Shown: positions 19,184-29,617, numbered from the stretch's first letter. The stretch is 64,000 nucleotides of DNA from Longimicrobiales bacterium (GCA_965248195.1 CBDFIQ010000002.1:288001-352000); one strand, 5' to 3'. Numbers and translations are program-made. Notes: generated by a model from the sequence alone, not told the origin.

Positions 19184-19216
19184 GTAAAGGAAGGCGGGAC
19201 CTGGCGGCGGGCCGTG

Positions 19217-20128
19217 CTAATTGGCACGGGCCTCTTCGCCGGCTTGCACCTCGTACGCCTTGATCAGGGCCTGCGTGCCTTCGTCGGCACAGCCGAGCCG
19301 TTCGACGATGTTGAAGAACTGGTGGGCCAGGCTGGCACCGGGCAGCGCCAGCTTGACGTCGTTCGCGGCCTCCAGGACGATCTTGAGATCCTTCTGCTGC
19401 AGGCGCACCATGAAACCGGGGGCGAAGTCCCCCTTCAGAATGCGGGGCCCCAGATTCGTCAACTGCCACGAGCCCGCGGCGCCGCCGCTGATGGCATCCA
19501 CCACCTTGCCCACGTCCAGATCGGAGGCCGCGGCCAGCATCAGGGCCTCGGCCATGGCCAGGTTCGCTCCCGCCACCGCGATCTGATTGCAGGCCTTCGT
19601 CGTCTGGCCGGCACCGTTTCCGCCGATCAGGTTGATGTTCTTGCCCATCGCCTCGAACACGGGCAGACAGTCGTCGAACACGCTCTGCTCACCGCCCACC
19701 ATGATCGAGAGCGTGCCCTGCTGCGCGCCTACGTCGCCGCCACTCACCGGCGCGTCGAGCATGTGCACACCCTTCTCCCGAAGGGCAGCGGCGATGTCCC
19801 TTGTGACCCGGGGAGAGATCGTGCTCATGTCGGTGACCGTTGCTCCTGCACGAGCGGTCTGCAGCACACCGTCCTCGCCGAGGATCACCTTCTCCGCGTC
19901 GGGTGTGTCCGTGACCATGGTGATGATCACGTCGCTCCCGTTCGCCGCCGCCGCCGGCGTCGCCACGCGCTTGCCACCCGCGTCGACCACTTCCTGCACG
20001 CGCGGCCGGTCTGTGCGATTGTAGACTTTCAGCGAGAAGCCCGCTTTGATCAGGTTCAACGCCATCGGCGCTCCCATGATTCCGAGGCCGACGAAGCCGA
20101 TCTGTGTGCTCCCGGGCTTGGCTGGCAT
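19217..20128 (-). CDS. Beta-hydroxyacid dehydrogenase (GarR/GlxR/MmsB family)
   Basis: GFVGLGIMGAPMA, DMSTISP, LDAPVSGG, GQTTKACNQ, GF...QKDL; GAGGAG RBS before ATG 20128. Confidence 0.9.
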   Translation of the reverse strand: MPAKPGSTQIGFVGLGIMGAPMALNLIKAGFSLKVYNRTDRPRVQEVVDAGGKRVATPAAAANGSDVIITMVTDTPDAEKVILGEDGVLQTARAGATVTDMSTISPRVTRDIAAALREKGVHMLDAPVSGGDVGAQQGTLSIMVGGEQSVFDDCLPVFEAMGKNINLIGGNGAGQTTKACNQIAVAGANLAMAEALMLAAASDLDVGKVVDAISGGAAGSWQLTNLGPRILKGDFAPGFMVRLQQKDLKIVLEAANDVKLALPGASLAHQFFNIVERLGCADEGTQALIKAYEVQAGEEARAN

Positions 20129-20496
20129 GTTTGATCTCCTCAGTACGAGTAGAAGTGGTGTCGATGGTCCTGGATGTCCGCGTCCTCGTAGATCTGTGCG
20201 AACCGGAATCTGAGCAGGATATGCTTGGCGCGCACCCTCTCCTCGCCGAGCCCTCACTCCTCTCGAGTTCCTCGAGCGACTCGCTCTGCTCATCTCCCCG
20301 CCCACGAATGCTTATCCCTGCCGCGAAAGCGTGTTTGCCTCGCCTTCGAACAGCTTGGCCCTGCCTCGGTTATCGCCTTGTTAATCTTCAGCCACGTCAG
20401 CACCTTTCCTGTCCTTGTCGTTCGGAGCCGTCTAATAGACGGCCGCAGAAAGGTCACCAGTGACGTCTCCCACCACTCGAATTTCCCGGTACGGCT

Positions 20497-21930
20497 ATGG
20501 GCGTTGATGAAGCTATCAACCAGGTGATGCGACCCCTCGCAGATCTGATTTCCCAGTTCATCTTCTACGCCGTACCTGTGGCTGGAGCGGAACTGCCTCT
20601 GATCGTAGCATGGCTCATTGCTGGGGGGCTGTTTTTCACCCTTTATCTGGGCTTTATCAATGTGCGTGGGTTCAGACACGCCCTGGACCTTGTTAAGGGG
20701 CGCTACACGGATCCCTCACAGCCGGGCGAAGTCACCCCGTTTCAAGCTCTGGCTACCGCGGTGTCGGGTACCGTCGGAATCGGAAATATGGCCAGTGTGG
20801 CTGTGGCTATATCCTTGGGCGGGCCCGGAGCTACGCTATGGATGATCATCGCAGGTGTGCTCGGCATGAGCACCAAATTCGCCGAATGTACCCTGGCCGT
20901 AAAATTTCGGCGCGCTCACAGTGACGGCTCTGTCAGCGGTGGGCCCATGTATTATCTGCAAGATGGACTGGCGCTGCGAAATCTGCCTACGCTAGGCCGT
21001 GCGCTGGGGATATTTTACGCAGCCAGCATGGTGTTGGGCTGCCTGGGTATCGGTAACATGTTCCAGTCCAATCAGGCCGCCGCCATTCTGATTGACGTGA
21101 CTGGAGGCAGCACGAGCTTCTTCCAGGACAAGGCCTGGATGCTGGGTCTTGTCATGGCCGTTGTCGTGGCTCTGGTGATCGTCGGCGGGATCAAGAGCAT
21201 CGCCAGAACCACCTCAAAACTCGTCCCCTTCATGGCGGTGTTGTACATCGTGTTGGCCCTGGTGATTCTGGCAATCAACTTTGCAAGATTGCCCACTGCC
21301 ATTGTTCAAATCTGGCAGGGTGCCTTCACTCCGGAGGGCATCGCTAGCGGCTTGGTCGGGGTCATGATCATTGGCTTTCGTCGGGCGGTATTTTCCAACG
21401 AAGCTGGCCTCGGTTCCGCTGCAATCGCCCACTCTGCGGTGCGTACCGACGAGCCTGTTACGGAAGGGTTCGTCAGTTTGCTGGAGCCGTTTATCGACAC
21501 GGTAGTCATCTGCACCCTGACTGCCTTGGTTATCATAACCACCGTTTACGACCCGGCATTGGCTTCTTCAGGTATCAGCGGGATCGAATTGACCACGAGG
21601 GCATTTGCAAGCACCCTGTCCTGGTCGCCCATCCCCCTGTCCATCGCGGCAGTGCTATTCGCCTTCTCGACCATAATTTCCTGGAGCTACTACGGCTTGA
21701 AAGCGTTCACCTACCTCGCCGGACAGCATCGGCTCGTCGATGTGGGGTTCAAGTTCTTCTACTGCAGCTTTATCGTCCTTGGCAGCAGTATCCAACTCGA
21801 CGCCCTGATAGATCTGTCAGATGCCCTGGTATTCGTGGTGGCGATTCCCAACCTGCTGGGGTTGTATTTTCTCGCTCCAGTGATAAAGAGAGAAATGCTT
21901 TCCTATCGAGAGCGCCTCAAACGTTATTGA
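20497..21930 (+). CDS. Alanine/glycine:cation symporter (AGCS family)
   Basis: FQALATAVSGTVGIGN, GGPGA.LWM, GGPMYYL, RRAVFSNEAGLGSA, EPFIDT. Confidence 0.93.
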   Translation: MGVDEAINQVMRPLADLISQFIFYAVPVAGAELPLIVAWLIAGGLFFTLYLGFINVRGFRHALDLVKGRYTDPSQPGEVTPFQALATAVSGTVGIGNMASVAVAISLGGPGATLWMIIAGVLGMSTKFAECTLAVKFRRAHSDGSVSGGPMYYLQDGLALRNLPTLGRALGIFYAASMVLGCLGIGNMFQSNQAAAILIDVTGGSTSFFQDKAWMLGLVMAVVVALVIVGGIKSIARTTSKLVPFMAVLYIVLALVILAINFARLPTAIVQIWQGAFTPEGIASGLVGVMIIGFRRAVFSNEAGLGSAAIAHSAVRTDEPVTEGFVSLLEPFIDTVVICTLTALVIITTVYDPALASSGISGIELTTRAFASTLSWSPIPLSIAAVLFAFSTIISWSYYGLKAFTYLAGQHRLVDVGFKFFYCSFIVLGSSIQLDALIDLSDALVFVVAIPNLLGLYFLAPVIKREMLSYRERLKRY

Positions 21931-22012
21931 TTTCTAGCAGACCCAGAGGCGAGAGAGTTATGGTGCCTCACGGCTTTTCGCGGGGTGGACCGTCGTACCA
22001 TCCCCACATGTC

Positions 22013-23140
22013 ATGCTGATCGGAATACCGAAGGAAATAAAGCGCGAGGAGTACCGTGTGGCCCTGACGCCGGCGGGTACCGAAGCGTTGACGCACGCGG
22101 GTCACCAGGTCTTGCTGGAGGCTGGCGCAGGCCTGGGGAGCGGCTTCACGGACGACTTCTATGCAGCTGCCGGGGCGGAGCTGGTGCCCACGTCGGACGC
22201 GGTATGGGCCAGGGCAGAGATGATCATGAAGGTCAAGGAGCCCGTCGAGCCGGAGTGGGGGCACATCCGGCCGGATCAGATTCTCTTCACCTACTTCCAT
22301 TTTGCGTCTTCCGAGGAGCTGACGCGGGCGCTCATCGCCTCCAAGGCCGTCGCGATCGCCTACGAGACGGTGGAACTGCCGAGCGGTGAGCTGCCTCTTC
22401 TGACCCCCATGAGCGAGGTCGCGGGTCGGATGGCCATACAGGAAGGCGCCAAGTACCTCGAGTGCCACTCGGGTGGCGCGGGCGTCCTGCTGGGTGGAGT
22501 GCCCGGAGTGCTGCCCGGCAAGGTCGTCATCCTCGGCGGCGGCATCGTCGGAACCCACGCCGCGCTGATGGCAGCGGGCCTGGGTGCCCGTGTGGCGATC
22601 CTGGACGTATCCCTCGCTCGCCTCCGTCACCTCGAAGGCATCATGCCGGCCAACGTCAATCTGCTCTACTCCACCCGCTATGCCATCCGGAAGCAGATCC
22701 AGGACGCCGACCTGGTGGTGGGTGCGGTGCTACTCCACGGGGCCAAGGCGCCCAGCCTCATCCTCGAGGACGATCTGAAGACCATGAAGCCGGGATCCGT
22801 GATCGTTGACGTGGCCGTGGACCAGGGCGGCTGCGTGGAGACGATTCGTCCCACCACACACGACGACCCGATCTACACCGTCCACGAGGTCATCCACTAC
22901 GGTGTCGCCAACATGCCGGGCGGTGTGCCGAGAACGAGCACTCTCGCGCTGACCAACGCCACGCTACCCTATGCCATCACGCTCGCGACCAAGGGCTGGC
23001 AGGTGGCCTGCCTGGATGACCCCGCGCTCGCGCTGGGCGTGAACATCGTGGACGGAAACGTCACCTACACCGGGGTCGCCGAGGCCTTCGGGTTGGAGTG
23101 TGTGAACGTGGCCAACTTCCTCGATCTCACCAACGGCTGA
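22013..23140 (+). CDS. ald: Alanine dehydrogenase
   Basis: IGIPKEIK..EYRVALTP, KVKEP, PLLTPMSEVAGR, VDVAVDQGGC.ET, VANMPG.VPRTST.ALTNAT. Confidence 0.96.
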   Translation: MLIGIPKEIKREEYRVALTPAGTEALTHAGHQVLLEAGAGLGSGFTDDFYAAAGAELVPTSDAVWARAEMIMKVKEPVEPEWGHIRPDQILFTYFHFASSEELTRALIASKAVAIAYETVELPSGELPLLTPMSEVAGRMAIQEGAKYLECHSGGAGVLLGGVPGVLPGKVVILGGGIVGTHAALMAAGLGARVAILDVSLARLRHLEGIMPANVNLLYSTRYAIRKQIQDADLVVGAVLLHGAKAPSLILEDDLKTMKPGSVIVDVAVDQGGCVETIRPTTHDDPIYTVHEVIHYGVANMPGGVPRTSTLALTNATLPYAITLATKGWQVACLDDPALALGVNIVDGNVTYTGVAEAFGLECVNVANFLDLTNG

Positions 23141-24617
23141 TGACCACCCGCTTGTCTGTGAAAAACTCGACGGCGTCCCTTCCCTGAGCCTTCAGGTCGC
23201 CGTAGAAGGAGCCCCGGGAGCCTCCGAAGGGAAAACATGCCATCGGAGCTGCTACTCCGATATTCACACCGATCATGCTGATGCCCGCGTGGTAGCGAAA
23301 CTCCCGGGCCGTCCGACCGCTCCGGGTGAAGATCGAGGTTGCGTTCCCATACCCGATCTCGTGCATGAGCGCGATCGCGTCCTCGACCGACTCCGCACGC
23401 GTGAGGCTCGCCACAGGACCAAAGATCTCCTCCTGTCCCACGTGCATTCCCGGCTCTACGCCCTCCAAAAGGGTGGGCCCGACCCAGTGACCCTCCGGGT
23501 AGCCGTCGACCTGGAACCCCCGCCCGTCTAGCGCCACATCAGCGCCTTCCCGTTCTCCCTGGTCGATCAAGGCGACGACCCGATCTCGGTGCCGGCGTGA
23601 GATCACCGGCCCCATGAAGGTGTCCTCGTCCAACCCGTAGCCCACCGGGAGGGAAGTGGCTCGGTCGAGTAACCGCACTTTCACCCGTTCATAAGCTTCT
23701 CCCACTCCCACCAGGACGCTGTTTGCGAGGCAGCGCTGTCCCGCCGAACCAAAGATCGACGAGATGGCTGCGTCGGTGGTCAAGTCCAGATCGGCGTCAG
23801 GCAGCACGACCATGTGGTTCTTTGCTCCACCCAGGGCCTGGACCCGCTTGCCGGTCTGTCCGGCTTTCGCGTAGACGACCCGAGCGACCGCGCTGGAGCC
23901 AACGAATGAGACTCCTGATACGTCTGGGTGCTCGAGGATGGCATCTGCCGCGGAGGCGTCACCATGGACCACGTTAAGCACCCCGCTGGGGAGACCTGCC
24001 TGCACCGCCAGCTCAACGATCTTCTGGTGCGTAAGTGGATCCTGCTCGCTCGGCTTCAAGACGAACGTGTTTCCGGTTGCCACCGCGTATGGCCAGAACC
24101 ACATCGGGATCATCACCGGGAAGTTGTAGGGAGTGATCCCTGCGAAGACGCCCAACGGTTGCCGAACGGTCTCACAGTCGATTCCCCGAGCGACATCCTC
24201 GAGGGTCTCACCCATCATCAGCGTGGGGATGCCGCAGGCGTGTTCAACGTTCGCGATCCCCCGCTGGATCTCGCCCGAGGTCTCGGCGACGTTCTTGCCG
24301 TGTTCCCGGGTCAGCTCTCGCGCCAAGTCATCCCGATGTTGGTCGAGGAGCGCCTTGAGGCGGAACAAGACCTGCACGCGGTCGACGGCAGGTGTCGCCC
24401 GCCACGCCGGGAACGCCTCCTTAGCCGCCGCTACCGCGACATGTACGTCGTCACGAGTCGAGAGCGGTACGCGTCCGAGGAGCTCCCCAGTGCCCGGGTC
24501 GTGGACTGGGAGGGCGTCGGATGTGGATGACGGCATCCACTCTCCCCCGATGAAGTTGGGAATCGGGAGCTCAACGTCGCCGGTCGAGCGGCTCTGGGAA
24601 GTCTCACTATGGGCCAT
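23127..24617 (-). CDS. mmsA: CoA-acylating (methyl)malonate-semialdehyde dehydrogenase family
   Basis: ITPYNFPVMIPMW, LKPSE, SFVGSS, KRVQALGGAKNH, GSAGQRCLA, EEIFGPV, GVNIGVAAP...FPFGG. Confidence 0.9.
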   Translation of the reverse strand: MAHSETSQSRSTGDVELPIPNFIGGEWMPSSTSDALPVHDPGTGELLGRVPLSTRDDVHVAVAAAKEAFPAWRATPAVDRVQVLFRLKALLDQHRDDLARELTREHGKNVAETSGEIQRGIANVEHACGIPTLMMGETLEDVARGIDCETVRQPLGVFAGITPYNFPVMIPMWFWPYAVATGNTFVLKPSEQDPLTHQKIVELAVQAGLPSGVLNVVHGDASAADAILEHPDVSGVSFVGSSAVARVVYAKAGQTGKRVQALGGAKNHMVVLPDADLDLTTDAAISSIFGSAGQRCLANSVLVGVGEAYERVKVRLLDRATSLPVGYGLDEDTFMGPVISRRHRDRVVALIDQGEREGADVALDGRGFQVDGYPEGHWVGPTLLEGVEPGMHVGQEEIFGPVASLTRAESVEDAIALMHEIGYGNATSIFTRSGRTAREFRYHAGISMIGVNIGVAAPMACFPFGGSRGSFYGDLKAQGRDAVEFFTDKRVVISRW

Positions 24618-24667
24618 GATGGCTCCTCACTCCGGTGTAGTGGCTGGTCAAGCTAGGGTAACACGGC

Positions 24668-26188
24668 TCACTGGTCGGCAGCTTCTGGTGGACGCCAGTC
24701 CAGGACACTTTGGATGATTCGCTCAGCGTGCTCGGGCACGCCCTCCAGCTCCACCTCCATACCACTGGCCTGCACCTCGTCCACCAGCTCCCTCAACACC
24801 AGGGCTCCCGTGAAGTCGATTCGGCCAAGTCCTTCCAAGTGCAGGATCAGCGTGGTGGCCTCAGCAGCTTGGGCCACCCGCTCCTCGGCCATCTGCTCCA
24901 GGTATGCTGCCGACCCGAACCACAGCACCCCCCCCGGCTTCAGATGCACCCCCCGGGCGTCGCTCCAGGACTCGATGCCGGGCTTCAGCTCCCGCCAGAT
25001 ATGAACCGCCACCGCCGCCAGGATGCCCAGGACCACCGCCTGCTCGATATGCGGCGCTAACCACAGAGTGAGCACGAACGTGATCCACGCGACGGCCGCC
25101 TGCGGTCCCGACATGCTCCAGAGGGAGGCGAGAGGCCGTAGACGAACGAGGGGAGCCACCGCCACGATGACGATGGCGCTGAGAACCGCCCTGGGAAGCG
25201 GGGCGAGGACCTGAGCGAAGGGCAGAAAGACGAGGACGGTGGCTCCCGTCACTGCGCCGCTCCAGCGCGTGCGAGCTCCGGAGAGGTAGTTCAGGCTGCT
25301 TCGGGTAAAGGACCCCCCGACGGGGAACCCGCCGAAGAGGCCGGCCGCCACGTTGGCGGCCCCCTGGCCGATGAACTCCCGGTCCGGACTCCAGGCCATG
25401 CGCTCCTTGCTGGCGTAGACCCGAGCGATGGACGCGGTCTCGGCAAAGCCCACCAAGGCGATCACGAATCCAGGGAGGACGAGGACCGGCAGGCTCGCCC
25501 AGGGGAGGTCGAGACCGAGGGACGGAAAGCCCACCTGGATATCTCCGACCCGGGGACCTGTATACCCGGTGACGATGGAGAACGTCAGACCCGCGACTGT
25601 GGCGATGAGGACTCCGGGCACCAGAGGATGAATGCGGGGTCCCACATAAATCACGGCCACGGTCACCGCCGTGAGGACGAGTGCGGCAGCCTCCCAGGAA
25701 CCCGGATGAGCCAGCGTCCAGAATGCCCGTGAAAGCACTCCGTCACTCGGGGCCAGGACGCCGGCTGCCCCGGGAAGCTGCGAGCTGATGATCAGGATCG
25801 CCGCCCCCGAAGTGAAGCCGTCGAGCATGGGTCTCGACATCATGTAAGAGATCCACCCGCCCTTGAGCGCGCCCACTAAGACGCGGGTGATACCCACTAC
25901 CAGGGCCAGAAGCGCGGCCAGGCGGACGTAGTCGGCCGAGCCCGGCACGGCCAGGGGAACGAGGGCCCCCAACGTGAGCAGGGCCGTCACCGCCACGGGA
26001 CCGGTCTGGAGGTAAGGCGACGAAGCGAAGAACGCGGCCGCAAGGGGCGCCACGGCGGCCGCGAAGAGCCCATGCCGGCTGGGAAGACCCGCCAGCTCCG
26101 CGTACGCCATGGCCTGGGGAATGAGCACCAGTCCCACGCCGAAGCCCGACACGAAGTCCCTCGCGGAAGGCCTCTGGACAGCCTTCAA
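24668..26188 (-). CDS. SulP family anion permease with STAS domain
   Basis: LIPQAMAYAELAGLP, TGPVA, GFTSGAA, GGFPVGGSFTRS; STAS ...IDFTG. TTG start. Confidence 0.9.
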   Translation of the reverse strand: MKAVQRPSARDFVSGFGVGLVLIPQAMAYAELAGLPSRHGLFAAAVAPLAAAFFASSPYLQTGPVAVTALLTLGALVPLAVPGSADYVRLAALLALVVGITRVLVGALKGGWISYMMSRPMLDGFTSGAAILIISSQLPGAAGVLAPSDGVLSRAFWTLAHPGSWEAAALVLTAVTVAVIYVGPRIHPLVPGVLIATVAGLTFSIVTGYTGPRVGDIQVGFPSLGLDLPWASLPVLVLPGFVIALVGFAETASIARVYASKERMAWSPDREFIGQGAANVAAGLFGGFPVGGSFTRSSLNYLSGARTRWSGAVTGATVLVFLPFAQVLAPLPRAVLSAIVIVAVAPLVRLRPLASLWSMSGPQAAVAWITFVLTLWLAPHIEQAVVLGILAAVAVHIWRELKPGIESWSDARGVHLKPGGVLWFGSAAYLEQMAEERVAQAAEATTLILHLEGLGRIDFTGALVLRELVDEVQASGMEVELEGVPEHAERIIQSVLDWRPPEAADQ

Positions 26189-26299
26189 GCCGGCACCCCC
26201 ACGTCGGCTTGGGCCTCCCAGCCCAACCTCTCGCGAGACAAGAAGGGGCGGATCGACGAGCTGGTCATGGTGGCCCCATCCGCATCAGACGCCATTCCA

Positions 26300-27460
26300 T
26301 CAAGCAGAATCGGTGGGAGATGCGACACCTTCCCCGCTTCGTGAGGCAGCATCGTGCAGCATGGCCACCGTACGATAGACGACGTGAGCAAACTTGGAAT
26401 ACGGGATGTACACGAGCAGGAAGAACACGAACAGGAGGTGCACGAAGTACGTCGGGTACGCAATGGCTCCGACACCCATCAGCCTCGTGACCTGCGCGAG
26501 AAACCCCGTAAGCGTGGTCAGCAGCAGGATGTCAAGGAAGAGCCAGTCGGAATAGGTGCTCTTGCCAGCCTGAATCTTGTCGGCGATCCGGCGGTAGCCG
26601 AACCCCAGGAGCGCGACGATGACCGCGGCCCCACTGAGGTTGCCGAGGATCTTCACGGGATGCCAAAGCGGCCAGGGCGTGAGGTAGCCGAAGGCGTAGA
26701 TGCCGATCCCGACGGACGAGGTCGTCACCACGAGCCCGAGGAAGCCGTAGAACGCCAGCAGGTGGGTGCGAGCAAAAGGCTCCCGAGGCGATGGGCGGGT
26801 TCCGGGCGATTCGTCAGCACACTGCCTGAACTTACGGTGTCGGAGGATCGTCCGGAGCGTCGGCAGCAGCCGCACCGGACCTCGGTCGCGGATCATTCCA
26901 CGGTTCATCGCCCTCCAATATCGAAGTCCGCCTGTTGCCGCCGCGGTGAGTGAGAGCGCCATGGCCGCGGTGAAGACCACTTCGATGAAGACGATGGGCA
27001 TGAACTTGGAGAAGACGACGGTGCCCCCCGGCAACGCGGTAAGGTTACCGATCCCCGCGAGAATGGCACCGAAAATCAGGGCCGGGATGGCGAACAGGAG
27101 CGGCAAGAACTTCGACTCGCCCAGCATGCGACCCATCACGCGAGGCACCGCGTAGTGTTCAATGCTGTACTCCCTGAGGGCAGCCATCACCTGGGCGGGC
27201 TGCGCCTCTCTCGGACAGTACGAGGTGCAAATGGCACAATCGTGGCACGCCCATATCGAAGAATTCGACAGCGCCAGATCCTTCAGGCCCCACTGGACCC
27301 AGACCATCTCCTTGCGGGGAAACGGATTCTCGGGGGTGGAGATTGGGCAGACGATCGAGCAGGTCCCGCACTGGTAGCAGGCGGTCAGGTCGTGCGCGCC
27401 CCGACCGAGGATCTGGGACTTGAACTCTAAATCCGGCTGGATCAGCGACGTCTCTGGCAC
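26300..27460 (-). CDS. qmoC: Quinone-interacting membrane-bound oxidoreductase subunit C
   Basis: CYQCGTCSIVCP...PFPRKEM.W.QWG...CHDC..CT.YCPR, followed by a heme-b membrane domain (HPVKILGN, YFVHL, PYSKFAH..YR). Confidence 0.93.
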   Translation of the reverse strand: MPETSLIQPDLEFKSQILGRGAHDLTACYQCGTCSIVCPISTPENPFPRKEMVWVQWGLKDLALSNSSIWACHDCAICTSYCPREAQPAQVMAALREYSIEHYAVPRVMGRMLGESKFLPLLFAIPALIFGAILAGIGNLTALPGGTVVFSKFMPIVFIEVVFTAAMALSLTAAATGGLRYWRAMNRGMIRDRGPVRLLPTLRTILRHRKFRQCADESPGTRPSPREPFARTHLLAFYGFLGLVVTTSSVGIGIYAFGYLTPWPLWHPVKILGNLSGAAVIVALLGFGYRRIADKIQAGKSTYSDWLFLDILLLTTLTGFLAQVTRLMGVGAIAYPTYFVHLLFVFFLLVYIPYSKFAHVVYRTVAMLHDAASRSGEGVASPTDSA

Positions 27461-27472
27461 GCTCGACCCCCC

Positions 27473-29617
27473 TCAGAAACCCTTGAACGGGTTCGGTCCC
27501 ACCCGCTTGATGGTGTCGACGAACTCCTCCAATAGCCCCGGGATTCGATGCGAGTCCGTGATCTCCACTTCCATGAACCGCACCCGCTCGGCTTCCAAAG
27601 CCAACCGATCCAGGGTTTCGCGCACGTTTTCCATGCGGGTCTCCAAGAGCTCACTGCCACGAATGAAGTGACATTGGTAGTCCTCGCCCGCCTTGCATCC
27701 GAGTAACGCGACACCGTCGAATCCGCGAGAGACGGCATCGGCGATCAAGATGGCGTTGACGGATCCGAGGCAGCGAACTGGAATCACCCTCACGCAGGCC
27801 GGGTAGTGACGGCGCGCGATGCCCGTCATGTCCAAGGCGGGGTACGCGTCGTTCTCACAGGCGAAGACGAGAATCCGAGGTTTGTCCTCGTCGTCCTCTG
27901 GAATCTCCACGGCCTTGATCATGCTGGAGAGCATGTCGACGGAGTAGTCGTTGAAGGAGATGATCTGAACCGGGCAAGCGCCCATGCAGATGCCGCAGCG
28001 ACGACATCTGTTGGGGTCGAGCACCGGATGATTCTGATCGTCGACCTCCAAGGCGCTGAACGGACATTCTTGCGAGCACCGTCCACAGGAGGTGCACTTC
28101 TGCATGAAGAACTCCGGATACGAGAGATCGTGCACACGCGGGTGCACCGCTTCTCCCTCCGACGAAAGTTCGATGGACTGGATGGCCTTGAGGGCTGCCG
28201 CAGCACCGTCCTGCATACTGGCAGCCAGATCCGTCGCCTGGCGTACCGCACCCGCTGCGTAGATCCCCGTGCGCTCCGTTTCGTACGGGAAGCAGATAAA
28301 GTTCGAGTCGGCAAACCCGAACTGGGTGGTCGGCAACTCTCCGCCCTGAAGGTACTGGAGGTTCAGTGATTGGGACGGGGGCGAGTCAAACCCGGTCGGA
28401 ATCATGTCGGCGGACAGCACGAGCAGGTCGACCGCGATCCGCACCGGGCCTCCCAACACGGTCTTGTCGGCGTCGAACACGATCGAGCCGTCGTCGTCCT
28501 GGCCCACGTTTCGGATTTCGCCACACGAGAACAGAATCCGTGGATCCTCCTGGACACGTTTGTAGAAGTATTCGTGCTGTCCCGGCGTCTGCATGTCGCC
28601 GTAGAAGACGTACACGATCGAATCCGGACAAAGCTCGCGGAGATACAAGGCTTGCTTCAGGGCCACCAGGCTCCAGACGTTCCCTCCATACGGCAGATGG
28701 GCGTCGTCCTCGGGCGCGTCGCAGATCACGAAGGCCGCGTGTTTTACGGGACGTCCGTCCGACGGACGTCTGATGACCCGCTGCTGTGCCATCTCCTCAA
28801 CGGCCATCGTCGTGACGACGTTGGGATACGCGACCAGTCCGTAGGACTCGTGCCTGGCGGGATCGCCAGGCACCCAGCCGGTCGCGACGACGACGGCGCC
28901 CACCGTGGCCTGCTCGTCGCCATCACCGGTTCGGATCGTCGCGTCATAGTGTCCGGGTTGGCCCGACAGCTGCACGAGCTCTGCCCCGACCAGCGTGCGG
29001 ACATTGGGTAGGGAGGTCGCCTCTTGAATGCTGGCCTCGATGTCGACGGGCTCCAGGTCGCGGTAGGGCGGGCGTTTGGGAAACTGCCGATAGAGACGCG
29101 CGGCATAGCCGCCCAACTGCGCGGCCTTTTCCAAGAGGAGGACCTCGAAACCGGCCCGTCCGGCGCTCACGGCGGCGGCGAGCCCGGCGGAACCACCCCC
29201 GATGACCAGGATTCTGCGTTCGCGGGCGTCGGTGTACGGGCTCGGCGGGCTCGCTTTCTGGGCTCGGACAATGCCGATGCGAAGGTAATCATCGGCCAGA
29301 CTCTGGGTCTCCTCGTGTTTTGGAGGCTGACACCAGGCTACTTGCTCGCGGATGTTCACTCGCTCGACGAAGGCAGAATCGAAGCGGAAGACGTCGGTAT
29401 TGACGCGAGGTGAGCACGCGGCGATGACTACCCCGTCCACGCCGTTTCGCTCGATGTCTTCCTGGATGAGTCCGGCATCCTCGAGACAGAAAGCCGGAGA
29501 GGTCCGCACGACCGATACCGCGTTCTCGGGCGAGGCGATGTTGACGAGCTTTTCGGTGTCCAGGCAGTCGCTGATGCCGCACCCGCCGCACACGTACACA
29601 CCGAGCTTCTTGCTCAT
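27473..29617 (-). CDS. qmoB: QmoB (HdrA-like + ferredoxin + MvhD-like domains)
   Basis: MSKKLGVYVC.GC.I, AACSPR, NIREQVAW, GFADSNFICFPYET.RTGIY, two CxxCxxCxxxCP motifs, CENDAYPALD, RCLGS, GEDYQCHF, GPNPFKGF. Confidence 0.95.
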   Translation of the reverse strand: MSKKLGVYVCGGCGISDCLDTEKLVNIASPENAVSVVRTSPAFCLEDAGLIQEDIERNGVDGVVIAACSPRVNTDVFRFDSAFVERVNIREQVAWCQPPKHEETQSLADDYLRIGIVRAQKASPPSPYTDARERRILVIGGGSAGLAAAVSAGRAGFEVLLLEKAAQLGGYAARLYRQFPKRPPYRDLEPVDIEASIQEATSLPNVRTLVGAELVQLSGQPGHYDATIRTGDGDEQATVGAVVVATGWVPGDPARHESYGLVAYPNVVTTMAVEEMAQQRVIRRPSDGRPVKHAAFVICDAPEDDAHLPYGGNVWSLVALKQALYLRELCPDSIVYVFYGDMQTPGQHEYFYKRVQEDPRILFSCGEIRNVGQDDDGSIVFDADKTVLGGPVRIAVDLLVLSADMIPTGFDSPPSQSLNLQYLQGGELPTTQFGFADSNFICFPYETERTGIYAAGAVRQATDLAASMQDGAAAALKAIQSIELSSEGEAVHPRVHDLSYPEFFMQKCTSCGRCSQECPFSALEVDDQNHPVLDPNRCRRCGICMGACPVQIISFNDYSVDMLSSMIKAVEIPEDDEDKPRILVFACENDAYPALDMTGIARRHYPACVRVIPVRCLGSVNAILIADAVSRGFDGVALLGCKAGEDYQCHFIRGSELLETRMENVRETLDRLALEAERVRFMEVEITDSHRIPGLLEEFVDTIKRVGPNPFKGF

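Noticed and set aside
23127..23140. 14-bp convergent overlap of ald and mmsA
   Set aside because: Short 3' overlaps are common; no evidence of function.
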